A stretch of DNA of 64,000 bases. Source: Octopus sinensis (lineage: Eukaryota). The DNA is taken from NCBI RefSeq assembly GCF_006345805.1, contig NC_042998.1:74648001-74712000 (forward strand), in the 5' to 3' direction. The position numbers and the translations under genes are program-made. The notes beneath the pieces are model-generated. The model did not search any database. It was given only the letters and a program-made list of their open reading frames with translations, and had not been told where the DNA came from. The stretch's first letter is position 1. Each line of letters opens with the position of its first letter. Shown here piece after piece: positions 51,228 through 62,061 of the stretch.

Positions 51228-52279
51228 GACACTAAGCTCCAGCAAATCGTCAATGAAGAAGCAGACCGAACTCAACTCCAGTCTGATCTATATGCTGTGA
51301 GTTATTGGGCAGACAGAAACAAAATGCAACTGAATGAGGGAAAATTTGAGCTGATGCATTTTGGAAGAAATTCCTCACTAAAACAACCATACTCTCTTCC
51401 TTCAGGGGAACCGCTCACAGCCTCTAACAATATCAGAGACCTGGGTGTAATTGTTGATGACGATCTCAGTTGGAGTGCACACATCAAAAAGAAGGTCGAT
51501 ATAGCTCGCAGGATGAGTTCCTGGATCTTAAGAACTTTCCGGTCCAGAGAACAAGGTGTCATCATACCACTTTTTTCCTCCTTTGTACGGCCACACCTTG
51601 AATACTGCTGCCCACTGTGGTCTCCTCACACAAGACAAAACATCTCCAGAATTGAGTCACCCCAGAGGGCTCTCACTAATCAAATTGAAGGCATGGCTGC
51701 TCTCGATTATTGGGATCGCCTTAAAGCCTTGAAACTTTACTCCCTCCAGCGTCGCCGTGAGCGGTACATCATTTGTACGATGTGGAAAATATATCGCCAA
51801 CTTTTCCCAAACGACCTAAACATTAGCTTCAAGGTTCATCCAATACTTGGACCACGGCCTATACGTCCCCTGCCAAATTCAAGATCACAACATACATGTA
51901 CACTGCAACATAATTTCTTTTCCTCAACAGGCCCTGCCCTATTTAACATTGTCCCGAGGGAGATCAAAGAGGAAAAGGATCCCATCAACTTTAAACAGAG
52001 TCTGGATAGATTCCTTCAAAGAATACCAGATAAGCCACCCATAATTGGATACAACTCACCCAACAAGAACTCACTACTTGAACAAAACTGGATACAACTC
52101 ACCCAACAAGAACTCACTACTGAACAAAACTGGATACAACTCACCCAACAAGACTCACTACTTGAACAAAACTTGACTTAAACAGGATTCGAATAATCCT
52201 ATCAGGTGGTGCTATTAAGTTAGACATGGCCTGGACCAATCTCTGGTCGAAACATATCTAAGTTTTATCTAAGTTTTAT
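51228..52279 (+). mobile_element. CR1-group LINE (family B), 5'-truncated, uninterrupted RT C-terminal frame
   Basis: The frame from GAC (DTKL) at 51228 is open to 52181: FNEGKFEL-like [52 protein letters not shown]. It ends in a hairpin and a (TATCTAAGTTT)-type tail. Confidence 0.93.
52046..52172 (+). repeat. Triplicated 43/42/42-bp segment at the LINE ORF end
   Basis: TGGATACAACTCACCCAACAAGAACTCACTACTTGAACAAAAC at 52046, 52089 and 52131. Confidence 0.9.
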
Positions 52280-52570
52280 ATATATATACATAATTTATTT
52301 GCTAAAAAAATTTTGAAATCTAGGTTTAACCGGAATAAAATAACAGGGTAAAGGATTTTATTTTATTTTTCATTTCTTTTGAAGATTGCACTTAAATGTG
52401 GTTTTGGTAGTTTTGACTACTTCTTCTAGCGTGTAAAAACTGCCTGTTGAAGGCAGTTTTCTCTTGTGTTTAAATGTATACTATTTTATATTTGAGAATA
52501 TGTTGTCTGTTGACTTTTTATACATGGTAGGCTACTGGTGGTGAATTTTCAAAAAAGAACTCACCTCCCT

Positions 52571-53008
52571 GCCGTGAACGCTACATTATCTGTATGACGT
52601 GGAAAATATTCCATCAGCACTGTCCGAATGATGTTGGCGTCACCTTCAAAATGCATCCAAGGCTTGGACCACGTGCCATCCGTCCACAACAAAAATCTAA
52701 ATCGCATCACATAACGACAATACGGCACAACTATTTCACCTCAATTGGACCTGCTCTCTTCAACATTACACCAGGACACGTCAAAAAAGAAACTGACCAC
52801 ACAAAATTCAAGAAGTCTTTGGACAAATTCCTTCAAACAGTACCGGACAAACCACCCACACCCGGATATGTCTCCGCAAACAATAACTCTCTGCTCGAAT
52901 GGGCCTTGCTGCCCAAATTCTTAACTGAAAGACTTCGCCAGGTGGTGCTATTAAGTTAGACATGGCCTGGGCCAATACTGGCCAAAACCTTTCTAAGTTA
53001 TTCTAAGT

Positions 53009-53010
<2 letters not shown>
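52571..53010 (+). mobile_element. CR1-group LINE (family B', sister of B), short 3' fragment
   Basis: RERYIICMTWKI..PNDV..HPRLGPRA..FNITP..LDKFLQTVPDKPPTPGY..NSLLEW; tail (TTCTAAGTTA)x2 running into (TA)n. Confidence 0.9.
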
Positions 53011-53058
<48 letters not shown>

Positions 53059-53257
53059 TATATATATAAAGTGCAAAGTAAGATGGGGTTATGATTGTAA
53101 CCCACTATGGTTTATCATTTATCCAATATACTGCCAGTAAAATACCCAAAAGGCTAATGCATAAATGCTTACAATTGCAATGCAATTAGTTCATTTATTG
53201 TATTATATGGGCGAAGGTAAAATGTTTTACCTCAAATTCATAATACAAAATAAGAAA

Positions 53258-53678
53258 ATGGAGGAATAGATTCCTTTCAATCATCAACTTCAAGATAATA
53301 CCAATTCATATAATTTATTAACTAATTAATTAAATAGGAACATCCAAATCCAACAGAATAAGACAGAATAAAACAATATACATCAATAAGTAAGATAATA
53401 CCATATAAATATTACATATAAAATGGATAACTGCTTATAACCTCAATACATCTTACCAATATGGGCATAATGGGATACCCTTATCTACAGACTGAAACAG
53501 CTATAAGATCCATTTTATATATATTATTTATATGGTATTATCTTACTTATTGATGTATATTGTTTTATTCTGTCTTATTCTGTTGGATTTGAATGTTCCT
53601 ATTTAATTAATTAGTTAATAAATTATGTGAATTGGTATTATCTTGAAGTTGATGATTGAAAGGAATCTATTCCTCCAT
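53258..53678. repeat. Long inverted repeat: 171-bp arms, 79-bp loop
   Basis: 53258-53428 is the reverse complement of 53508-53678 with ~5 mismatches. Confidence 0.9.
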
Positions 53679-53907
53679 CTTCTTCTTATATACATATACA
53701 TATATAATGAAAATAAGACAAGGTGGAAATTGCTAAAATAATTTTATCATGAAATACATTTTGTAACGATTAGTGTCAGTTTCAGTCTTCGATTTTTTTC
53801 AACTAAGAGTAAAACAAAGAAAAACAATTAAATTGAAGAAAAAAATTAAATATAATGTTTTCTAAATATTTCCATAGTCTTCATATAGGTAGAACATGTT
53901 CCTATTT

Positions 53908-53943
<36 letters not shown>

Positions 53944-54314
53944 CCTGCCTCTCTTCCTTTGTGAAGGCTAGCTAGGTAGTAGCAGATATATATATATAAA
54001 CATAATCAAAAAGGGTAATAACATAAGTTATTATTACCAGTGGCCTAGCACAAAAGACGAATTAGTCATTAGACAAAATATTATTCGTAGAGAAATATAA
54101 TAAAAGGCTCCCAAATCAGGAAGCTTAATGCTAGATACACAAAGAGTTTCTACCTCTTTCCAGCAAAACAGACAGAATATGTTTGCCAAGGCAAGGTTCG
54201 TCAGTGGGAAGCCTTCTTAATCCTGGAGGCACAGAGCGTTAGAGTATAAGTAGTTCTAACGGTTTGTATATCTTAACTTTTCAAACCTCCGCGCAGACGC
54301 AAAATATACCCGGC

Positions 54315-54496
54315 GACAACCGGTGCTGGTGTGTTTACGTTCATTTCGTAAATTAGCAAATCAGTAAAAGAGATTGATCGAATAAGTGCCAGGCGTATAT
54401 GCCTGGTGTACCCTTATCAGACGGGTAATCATGATGAGTATATTAGGCTTCATATATTTGTACCACAGTATCACCTTGATGGCATGCGCTGCTCTC
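54315..54496 (+). mobile_element. Chimeric fragment: SINE C middle joined to the repeat-E 3' tail
   Basis: GACAACCGGTGCTGGTGTGTTTACG..GAATAAGTGCCAGG, then ATGCCTGGTGTACCCTTATCAG..GATGGCATGCGCTGCTCTC, which is similar to 60396-60500. Confidence 0.65.
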
Positions 54497-55035
54497 AACG
54501 ACGATATCTGCTCAGACTGAATAATAAGTGACTGACTAGGAGTTTTGAACAACCACAAGATGTACTTGTTCAGAGATGTAGGAAAAATACAAACCCTATG
54601 TAAAATCGAAATCTAATAAATCATCAAATTAAAAAGTAAAAAGAGAGAAGGAAGGAAAAAATGATACTATAGGAATATTTGTAAGTAAAACCAATGATTA
54701 CTTTTTGTTTTATATTAGAGTTATCGTATAGAGTATTTATTCATCATATAACATTCGACGCGTGTAATAAACAACGCATAAGACCCTAAGAATTTCAATC
54801 AAGTAGCATCATCCCTATAATACCTATAATACCTTTTTTTCTTCCTGGATTTACGGGATGTAAAACAGAAAGCACACAATAAGGAAATAACAACTACAAA
54901 AAGAACAGCAATATTAAAGAACAAAATACACCAGACAATGCCATATCAAAATGGTTGTGTTTGGTGTATTTGTATTTAACAACTTCATCACTACAAAACA
55001 AATAGAGGATCAAAAATTGTCTTATCACCTTCTAG

Positions 55036-55083
55036 GTGGACGCAGTATCACGCCTTCACTTTTCCCTTCACCAGACTCCGTTG
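55036..55083 (+). other. Candidate 48-nt symmetric internal exon (unverified)
   Basis: Acceptor TCTTATCACCTTCTAG and donor TTG|GTAAAT; frame-preserving; reads GRSITPSLFPSPDSV in phase 1. No homology recognised. Confidence 0.2.
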
Positions 55084-55626
55084 GTAAATCTGCTGCATTA
55101 AATCACTAATCACTTATATATGTTACAAACAAATTGTAACTCTCACTTCAAGACATTTACAAGAGATGATGTCCAGTTGAGAAAAATATATATCAAAATT
55201 TGTTTTTTAAAATCCAGTCAAGTTGTAGAATCTTAGTGTGAGATTAAACAAATACTGAAAAAGATACCATAAGCAAATACAAATTAATTAAAAAGAAACA
55301 CAGAACATTAAATCATGTACACTGAATGTAGATACTTAGAAGAGAACTTTCCACACATGTACTTAGGAGTAGACGAAACTGATAAGATACAAGATGGAAA
55401 TGTAGAAAATACTACAGAAGAGTCAGATTAATATTAAAATTTATAATACAATGTTAGAAATATGAAATAACAAGAAATATATGAGCCATCCACGTCATAT
55501 ATCTCAACTTCAGTATAATGGATGGGGAATTAGTGAAGTGAAGAGCTAAGGCAAAAGAAATCAACCAATGATAAAAGTGCAAACCACCAGACTAAAGTTG
55601 ATATAAGTAAAATATATCTGATCGTA

Positions 55627-55780
55627 GAAGTGGCTGTGTAGTAAGTAGCTTGCTTACGAACCACACGGTTCCGGGTTCAGTCCCACTGCGTGGCACCTTG
55701 AGCAAGTCTCTTCTACTATAGCCTCGGGCCGACCAAAGCTTGTGAGTGGATTTGGCTGACGGAAACTTAAAGAAGCCCGT

Positions 55781-55822
<42 letters not shown>

Positions 55823-56077
55823 TGTGTATGTGTGTGTGTGTGTGTGTGTATGTGTATATGTTTGTGTGTCTGTGTTTGTACCCCCCACCCAACATCGCTT
55901 GACAATCGATGCCGGCGTGTTTATGTCCCCGTAACCTAGTGGTTCGGCAAAAGAAACCGATAGAATAAGTACTAGGCTTACAAAGAATAAGTCTTGGAAT
56001 AGATTTGCTCGACTAAAAAGCAGTGCTCCAGCATGGCCACAGTCAAATGACTGAAACAAGTAAAAGAGTAAAAGAGT
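55627..56077 (+). mobile_element. tRNA-derived SINE, family C, near full length, with internal (TA)n(TG)n
   Basis: A-box-like TGGCTGTGTAGTAAG, B-box-like GGGTTCAGTCCC, CORE-like CCTTGAGCAAGT..GCCTCGG, tail hairpin and (GTAAAAGA)n. Confidence 0.9.
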
Positions 56078-57386
56078 ACTGAGAGAAGTCGGAGTCAGAT
56101 GCAAATAAAAATCTACTTATAAATAACAACAGTAGACTTTAAAAAGTGATTTAGACGCAAGTAAATTGAATTTGTGACTCGAAAATTAATTAGGAGCAAC
56201 GAATGAAAAGCTTTCGTTCTACTTAAGAAAATGATAAAGCACAGACAGGAAATTAACTATACTGCATGAAAATATATAATTATGGAGAAAACATGTTTAA
56301 GTGTTTAAAATGCAAAAGAAAAGAAAAAGCAAAAAAGTACATAGAATAGATAGATATATATATCAAACGTATACCTGTAATAGATATATATAAAACGTAT
56401 ACCTGTAATTATATACATTATATATGTTTCGGTCTAGAGATAAGTGATATGTCAAGTCCTTTTTAAATAACATTTAGAGGAGGAAGCAATTTACAGTAAA
56501 ATAAATGTTTGATGAAAAGATAAAGGCGGCACTCAATGTTGCGATCACCATGCTAAGTGTGTACACCTTAAAAACTCAGGATTACGTCTTAAAGATGTAA
56601 AGAAATACTAACTTCAAGCTTTCAAACATATTCCTCTACCGAGGAATTTAAAACTGTTTGAATTTACAGTCAATACATAAGGTAGCAAGACTCGGCACAC
56701 AATCAGTCAGAGATTTAAGTTAAATTATCATCAATTTTATAGAGCTATGGCGGATATGAATAATTTAAACCTGAGTTATCCGCTATTGAATTAAGTAGAC
56801 TTCGTATTTTTATATTACGGTGTTTGGCCGCAGAAACGTTTCTGTCGTAGTCTAATGATATAACCATGGACTATTTATTAAACTATCTCTTATCTAATTG
56901 ATTCATTCATTAGCAGCTAATTATAGCGGTTAGAATTAATAGAGTGAATAGTTCAGTGACATACATACACCAACGACTAACATTTGGATTACATAATTAG
57001 AACATTTCACAATAATAAGAATAACAAGACAAGGAGATTTAAGTTTGTTGTTCATATTTGAATCTAAATAATAAATATTTAATATTCCACATATCTGAAT
57101 AAAATATTAACCAGAAATAAGGATGAAAAAAACTATAATGGTATAGCATGAATAAATAATGAGTAATACAGAAAAATATGAATAATAGAGAGAAGATATA
57201 TTCTAACAAAAATGCTAATGTCAGAATATCATTGTCTTTCTAGTGTTAACTGAAGGGTTGTTTTGCAGAATAATGTTTACTGCGAATTGTTAATACACAA
57301 GGGAAATGTAAAATGACAGTTGGGGAGAGAGAGGGGTAGGGAGGGAGGGGATGAGGAGGAATTACATATTAGCTCCACCTATATAT

Positions 57387-57451
<65 letters not shown>

Positions 57452-57479
57452 CTTACTTGGAAAAGGATGCGTGGCGTTC

Positions 57480-57855
57480 GATCATATAAAAATACGAGCA
57501 AAACGCTCCCCCCCCGTCCAATGGACGGTGCTGAGTTGTCAAACATTTAAACCAAATTTTCTCAAAGCAACTTGTCCGACCGTCCCATAGGCCTCCCCTT
57601 TGAGAAACACTGATTTAACCTAAATTTGAGACACCAGCAAAAGAAGAAATAGACTTTTTTCTATTCCAAGTAAAACGATTTTACAAATGCACGTTCTCAC
57701 GGCTTTATTGATCGATTTTTGTAATTTTTCAAGACTTATACACGACCTGATACCGTCGGTATCTACATATCAAATTTGAGCGCAATCGGATGGAGGATGC
57801 CCGAGATCTTAGAAGACATACACACAGGCGACAGAACGGATTTTATATAATAGAT
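57480..57855 (-). mobile_element. Probable non-autonomous Helitron-like repeat
   Basis: Minus-strand start ATCTATTATATAAAATCCGTTCTGTC..TGTGTGT resembles non-autonomous rolling-circle repeats; no clear CTAG 3' end. Confidence 0.35.
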
Positions 57856-58288
57856 AAATAATATATAAATATATGCATATACACATACATACATGTACAT
57901 ACCTGCATATATTTGTATATATGCATGCATATACGGGTACAGGACATCAAAAAATGTTGAACACAATGAGAAACGAAAACATAAAAACAAAAACATAGAA
58001 ACGAACTTTTTTCAAACACGAAAAAATAAACAGTGAAACAAGACATACAACACAAGGAATACTCTCCTTCTCCAGTTGTCTGTTTCATCTACTCCGCGTT
58101 CGAAGTTAAGGACAAGATATGACTTCGTTGAAACAGTCCTTCCCGCAAAGCAAATTAAATAAAATTTGGTATGTTTTGCGGGAGGTGAAAGTGGTAACAA
58201 GAGCAAGACAATAAGAACAAAGCAGTTAAAACAGTAAAAGACAGAACAATGAAAACAAAACAGTAAAAACAAACGATGAGGGATGTTA

Positions 58289-58860
58289 AGTCAAGACGAT
58301 GGAAAACTTATTCTGTCCACTGGCTGTTGTGCGGTAAAGCAACCTCGAGAGAGCCGAACAATGGTATGAACACAAGCCAGTGGGAGTAATGGAAAAAGAA
58401 CATTGCAAAATACTCTGGGATTTTAACATACCGTGCGACCAAGTCATAGAGGCGAGACGGCGAGATATCGTGGTCATCCATAAAGATGAAAAAGAAGCAA
58501 AGATAATAGATATTGCAATACCAAGCGATTCGAGGGTGAAATGTAAGGAAACAGAAAAGAGTGAGAGATACCAGCCACTGCGGGACGAGATAGGAGAATT
58601 ATGGAACATAAGGAAAGTAATGGTGATACTGGTGGTAATTGGAGCATTTGGAGCAGTTTCCAAGAACATTGAAAAACAAAACATATTAAGAGTATTGGAG
58701 CTGCTGTCAGGTTCGAAGTTATCCAGAAGACAGCACTGTTGAGTACAGCTCGCATTCTAAGGAGAGTATTATAGCTTTGAGTCACAGAAGAAGGCACTAC
58801 TTGAAACCTTTGGTGATTTGTTATTGCCTGCTTTCAAGTAAAGAACAACCGGTAATTAAG
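58289..58860 (+). pseudogene. R4/Dong-like RLE retroelement 3' fragment (endonuclease + 3' UTR)
   Basis: HWLLC..WYEHKP..KILWDFNIPCDQVIEARRRDIV..IIDIAIPSD..EKSERYQPL..VVIGAFGAV..QKTALLSTARILRRVL; stop at 58772-58774. Confidence 0.9.
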
Positions 58861-58883
58861 AATCATACGAGTGCCTTTCAGAT

Positions 58884-58926
<43 letters not shown>

Positions 58927-58980
58927 CAACAACAACAACAATAATAATAATAATAATATACAGCTGGAATAATAATAATG
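58884..58980. repeat. (AAC)n(AAT)n microsatellite between two RLE elements
   Basis: Direct. Confidence 0.95.
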
Positions 58981-58989
58981 ATATGCAGC

Positions 58990-59885
58990 TGGTAAATTAT
59001 TATAAAATAACCACCATAGGACTGCAAGGCAAGCTAAAACAAATAGCCACAAAACACGAGCAAAACAAAAAACTGTTTTCAGTATTTAAGGAAGCTGACA
59101 AATACAAAAAATCATACTACCTGACAAATATGAAGAAGAAGAAGAAACAACAAAAGCTATAAAACAAATGAAATCCAAGATAAAACTAGAACAGCAACGG
59201 ACCATGATAAAACGATGGCAAGAAAAGCACCTTCATGGCAAATACTGGGCTAAAATAAATGCAAACGAAATAGACAGAGAAAAATCCCAGTAATGGTTGA
59301 GAAGCTCAGGACTCAAAGCAGAGACTGAAGGATTTTTAATTGGAGCACAAGGCCAAAGCCTCCACACCAGAAATTACCAAAAACATGTAATGAAAAGAAA
59401 CATAACAAGTAACTGCAAAATATGTGGAGATGGACACGACAGAGTTGGGACCTACATACACTGGAAGCTATGCCAACACTATAGAATAACAACAGAAAAA
59501 AGATGGTATAGGCACACGCCAGAAACAATCACAGACAATGAGAAAGCAACCATACTCTAGGATATGTCAATAAACACAGATAGAGAAATTAAGGCCAGTA
59601 GGCCATATATACTTGTCTGAGATCATGAAGAAAATATGCTTTCTGATTGATGTACCAATACCAGCAGATGACAACGTTTTTCTAAAAGAAATGGAGAAAC
59701 TTTCAAAATACAAATACCTGGAAATAGAGGTAGCTCGAATGTGGAATCTAAAAACAGAAACAGTTCTAATCATAGTAGGCACATTAGGTATGATAAAAAA
59801 ATTTCAGATAAATACATAACAAAAAGACAATGACTTGAAGATGCATAATACAGCTGGGAACACCAATTTCGTGAAGCAACAGAAA
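58990..59885 (+). pseudogene. Second R4/Dong-like RLE retroelement fragment with internal deletions
   Basis: WQEKHLHGKYW..WLRSSGLKAETEGFLIGAQGQSLHTRNY..CKICG/HDRVGTYIHWKLC..WYRHTP..DVPIPADDNV..EKLSKYKYLEIEVARMW..IIVGTLG. Confidence 0.9.
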
Positions 59886-59886
<1 letters not shown>

Positions 59887-59938
<52 letters not shown>

Positions 59939-59956
59939 CAATGATGATGATGATGA
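59887..59956. repeat. (AAT)n(GAT)n microsatellite
   Basis: Direct. Confidence 0.95.
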
Positions 59957-59959
59957 TAC

Positions 59960-60510
59960 ATCAACGGATGCAGTACCAGACACTGGCTCTCATGGCCTCT
60001 GATTGTATCTGACTAGAAGTGTTATCATGTACATTGTTTTGCCTTGGTATGGGCTACATGAAATATTTTGCTTAGTACCACAGATTTGCTTGTCAGTTGT
60101 TTGACCTTAATCAGTCGACCCTTGGAAGTTGACAATATGTACATCTCTGATCACGAGCAGAAGTAGTGGGGGAGCATCATAAACATTTGTTGAGTGGAAT
60201 TCTTTGGATTTTGAATAATTCACTTCTGGAAATATGAGTGTTTCGTTCAACACCCTAAAACAACCTTTATTCAGGGATCTTTTGAGCGGGATGGGCTACT
60301 TGACCTGAAAAAATTCTAACCGGGCCCCGCCTGCAGAGTCATGCGCTGTTTATTTTGATATGTGATCACCATGTCGTGTAAATATGGTTGTGATGCATGT
60401 GCCTGACGTACTCTTATCAGAGGAGTAGTCATGATAGGTTTACTGGGCTTCGCATATTTTACCCCAGCTTCACTTTGATGGCATGCACTGCTCTCCCACT
60501 CAACAATAAT
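59960..60510 (+). mobile_element. Unclassified interspersed repeat E, ending in an AAT-rich tail
   Basis: The 3' ~110 bp recurs at 54395-54496; GC content is elevated relative to the flanks. Confidence 0.55.
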
Positions 60511-61931
60511 ATAAAAAATAATATATCAAGGGATAACCGGCATCGTAGGGAATTCAATACCTTGCACAGTGAGCACTTAGGTTCAATAAAAATGCAATAA
60601 AAAGAATATAGTCGTTATATAACAAGCAAAGTGACACTAATGTGAAGTCATGGGCCATTTAATATCTCATTTTTGTGCTCATACTCAAGAAATTATATTA
60701 AGAACTACATTGCAAATAAATTAACCAAATATCTCCAAAGAATTTTCGGTTTGTCGATTGTTTTTCTTTTTTACATTTTTAAGATGAAACAAGAATTCCT
60801 TAATTGTTTTGCTTTAACTTTCAAATACATCAGCTAGAACTAATTGATGGAGCAAATGACCAATGGGAAATCGGAGAACGTGACTTAACGTTGAGAACAC
60901 TTAACTCAACTGATTGCTTTATTGTTGTTTTGTTCTGAATATTCTTCATTTATTTACTACATACTTGAATAAAATATTCTGTCTGTGTTGATTGTGTTCA
61001 ACAGAACATTCAGAATGATAATTAATAGTATCAAGTAAATTAACGCACTTAGAAGAGAAAAAGAAAAACACGCAGCAATGTTTTCCTATTCTCAGACAAC
61101 TCAACAACAATATTCAAACAAACGACAACAAAGCAATGTACTTGACTACCAAGCTGAAAGAAAGCAATTATTATTCTTCGAAAGTCTTAATTAGAAATAA
61201 AATCATCAGAGTATGAAGACCTCAGCACGATCTTTCTAAGAGGTTTATAAAACAACACAATGTCCATATGCTAGTTGTCAACCTCCACACATACACTGAC
61301 TTTCATTTGTATTTAGTTAATGGTATTTTAAATACCGAACATAATGTTTAATTCAGTTAATTTAAACCAATATCATACATATTATACGGGAAGGATCGCA
61401 TAAGTAAAATATAGGAAGTAATCACGGAAAATAGGAAGTCAATTATTCTAAGGTTAATTATAATAATCTAAATAAAACATTTTTAATATTGCTTTCCACA
61501 GGAAGATATAAAAATTGAAAAACTGCACTTGGCTCTCAGCATAACATTTAAGAAATAATGTGACTGAACGGAAAATGTAAAATGTGAAATGGTTGTAGTG
61601 GCTATTGTAGGACTGCCAAACAAGAATATGGGACATTTGACTTACAGTTAAAATTTCAGTTACAAAATGATTTATCATTCCTTAATTAAATACAAATTTC
61701 AGAAAATAACGATATAAAATTCTCACGAACGACTATCCATTATTGCTAAATCTCATTCTATTAACAATAGTAATATTGCATTAACAATAAAAACGATTGC
61801 ATTTATAATTAACGCGAGTCAAAAGTGAGCATTAATTAGATAACAAAACGGACATTAGAAGATTTTATGCGATCTCCTTACCATTTGGGATAAAATTAAA
61901 ATCAGCATGATTATAAGAACAAAATAATTAT

Positions 61932-62061
61932 GCCATACGTGTCAGACTCTTCAATAGCGCATCCCACTGGTGCTCTTATGTGCAAGTGAGACGTAGCTAC
62001 TACAAAGAGGATAGCACATTGATCGGCTACGACGCAAAGGGCCATGGAAAGATCCATGCTA
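61932..62061 (+). pseudogene. RTE-clade LINE remnant, left part
   Basis: RVRLFNS..ASET..TQRAMERSML; continues in frame after the mariner. Confidence 0.8.

Noticed and set aside
50901-52181. 426-aa ORF, the longest in the track
   Set aside because: The first ~109 codons are (TA)n translation fused in frame to a LINE RT fragment; it is not a host gene.
52225-52260. Hairpin followed by GAAAC in LINE/SINE tails as a hammerhead
   Set aside because: No CUGANGA core; better explained as a 3' recognition stem-loop.
57935-58285. Possible further PLE terminus with a degenerate GAAG..CUUC-GAA-CGCG hammerhead
   Set aside because: The core is too degenerate (no CUGANGA, GAAA shortened); it cannot be supported from this copy.
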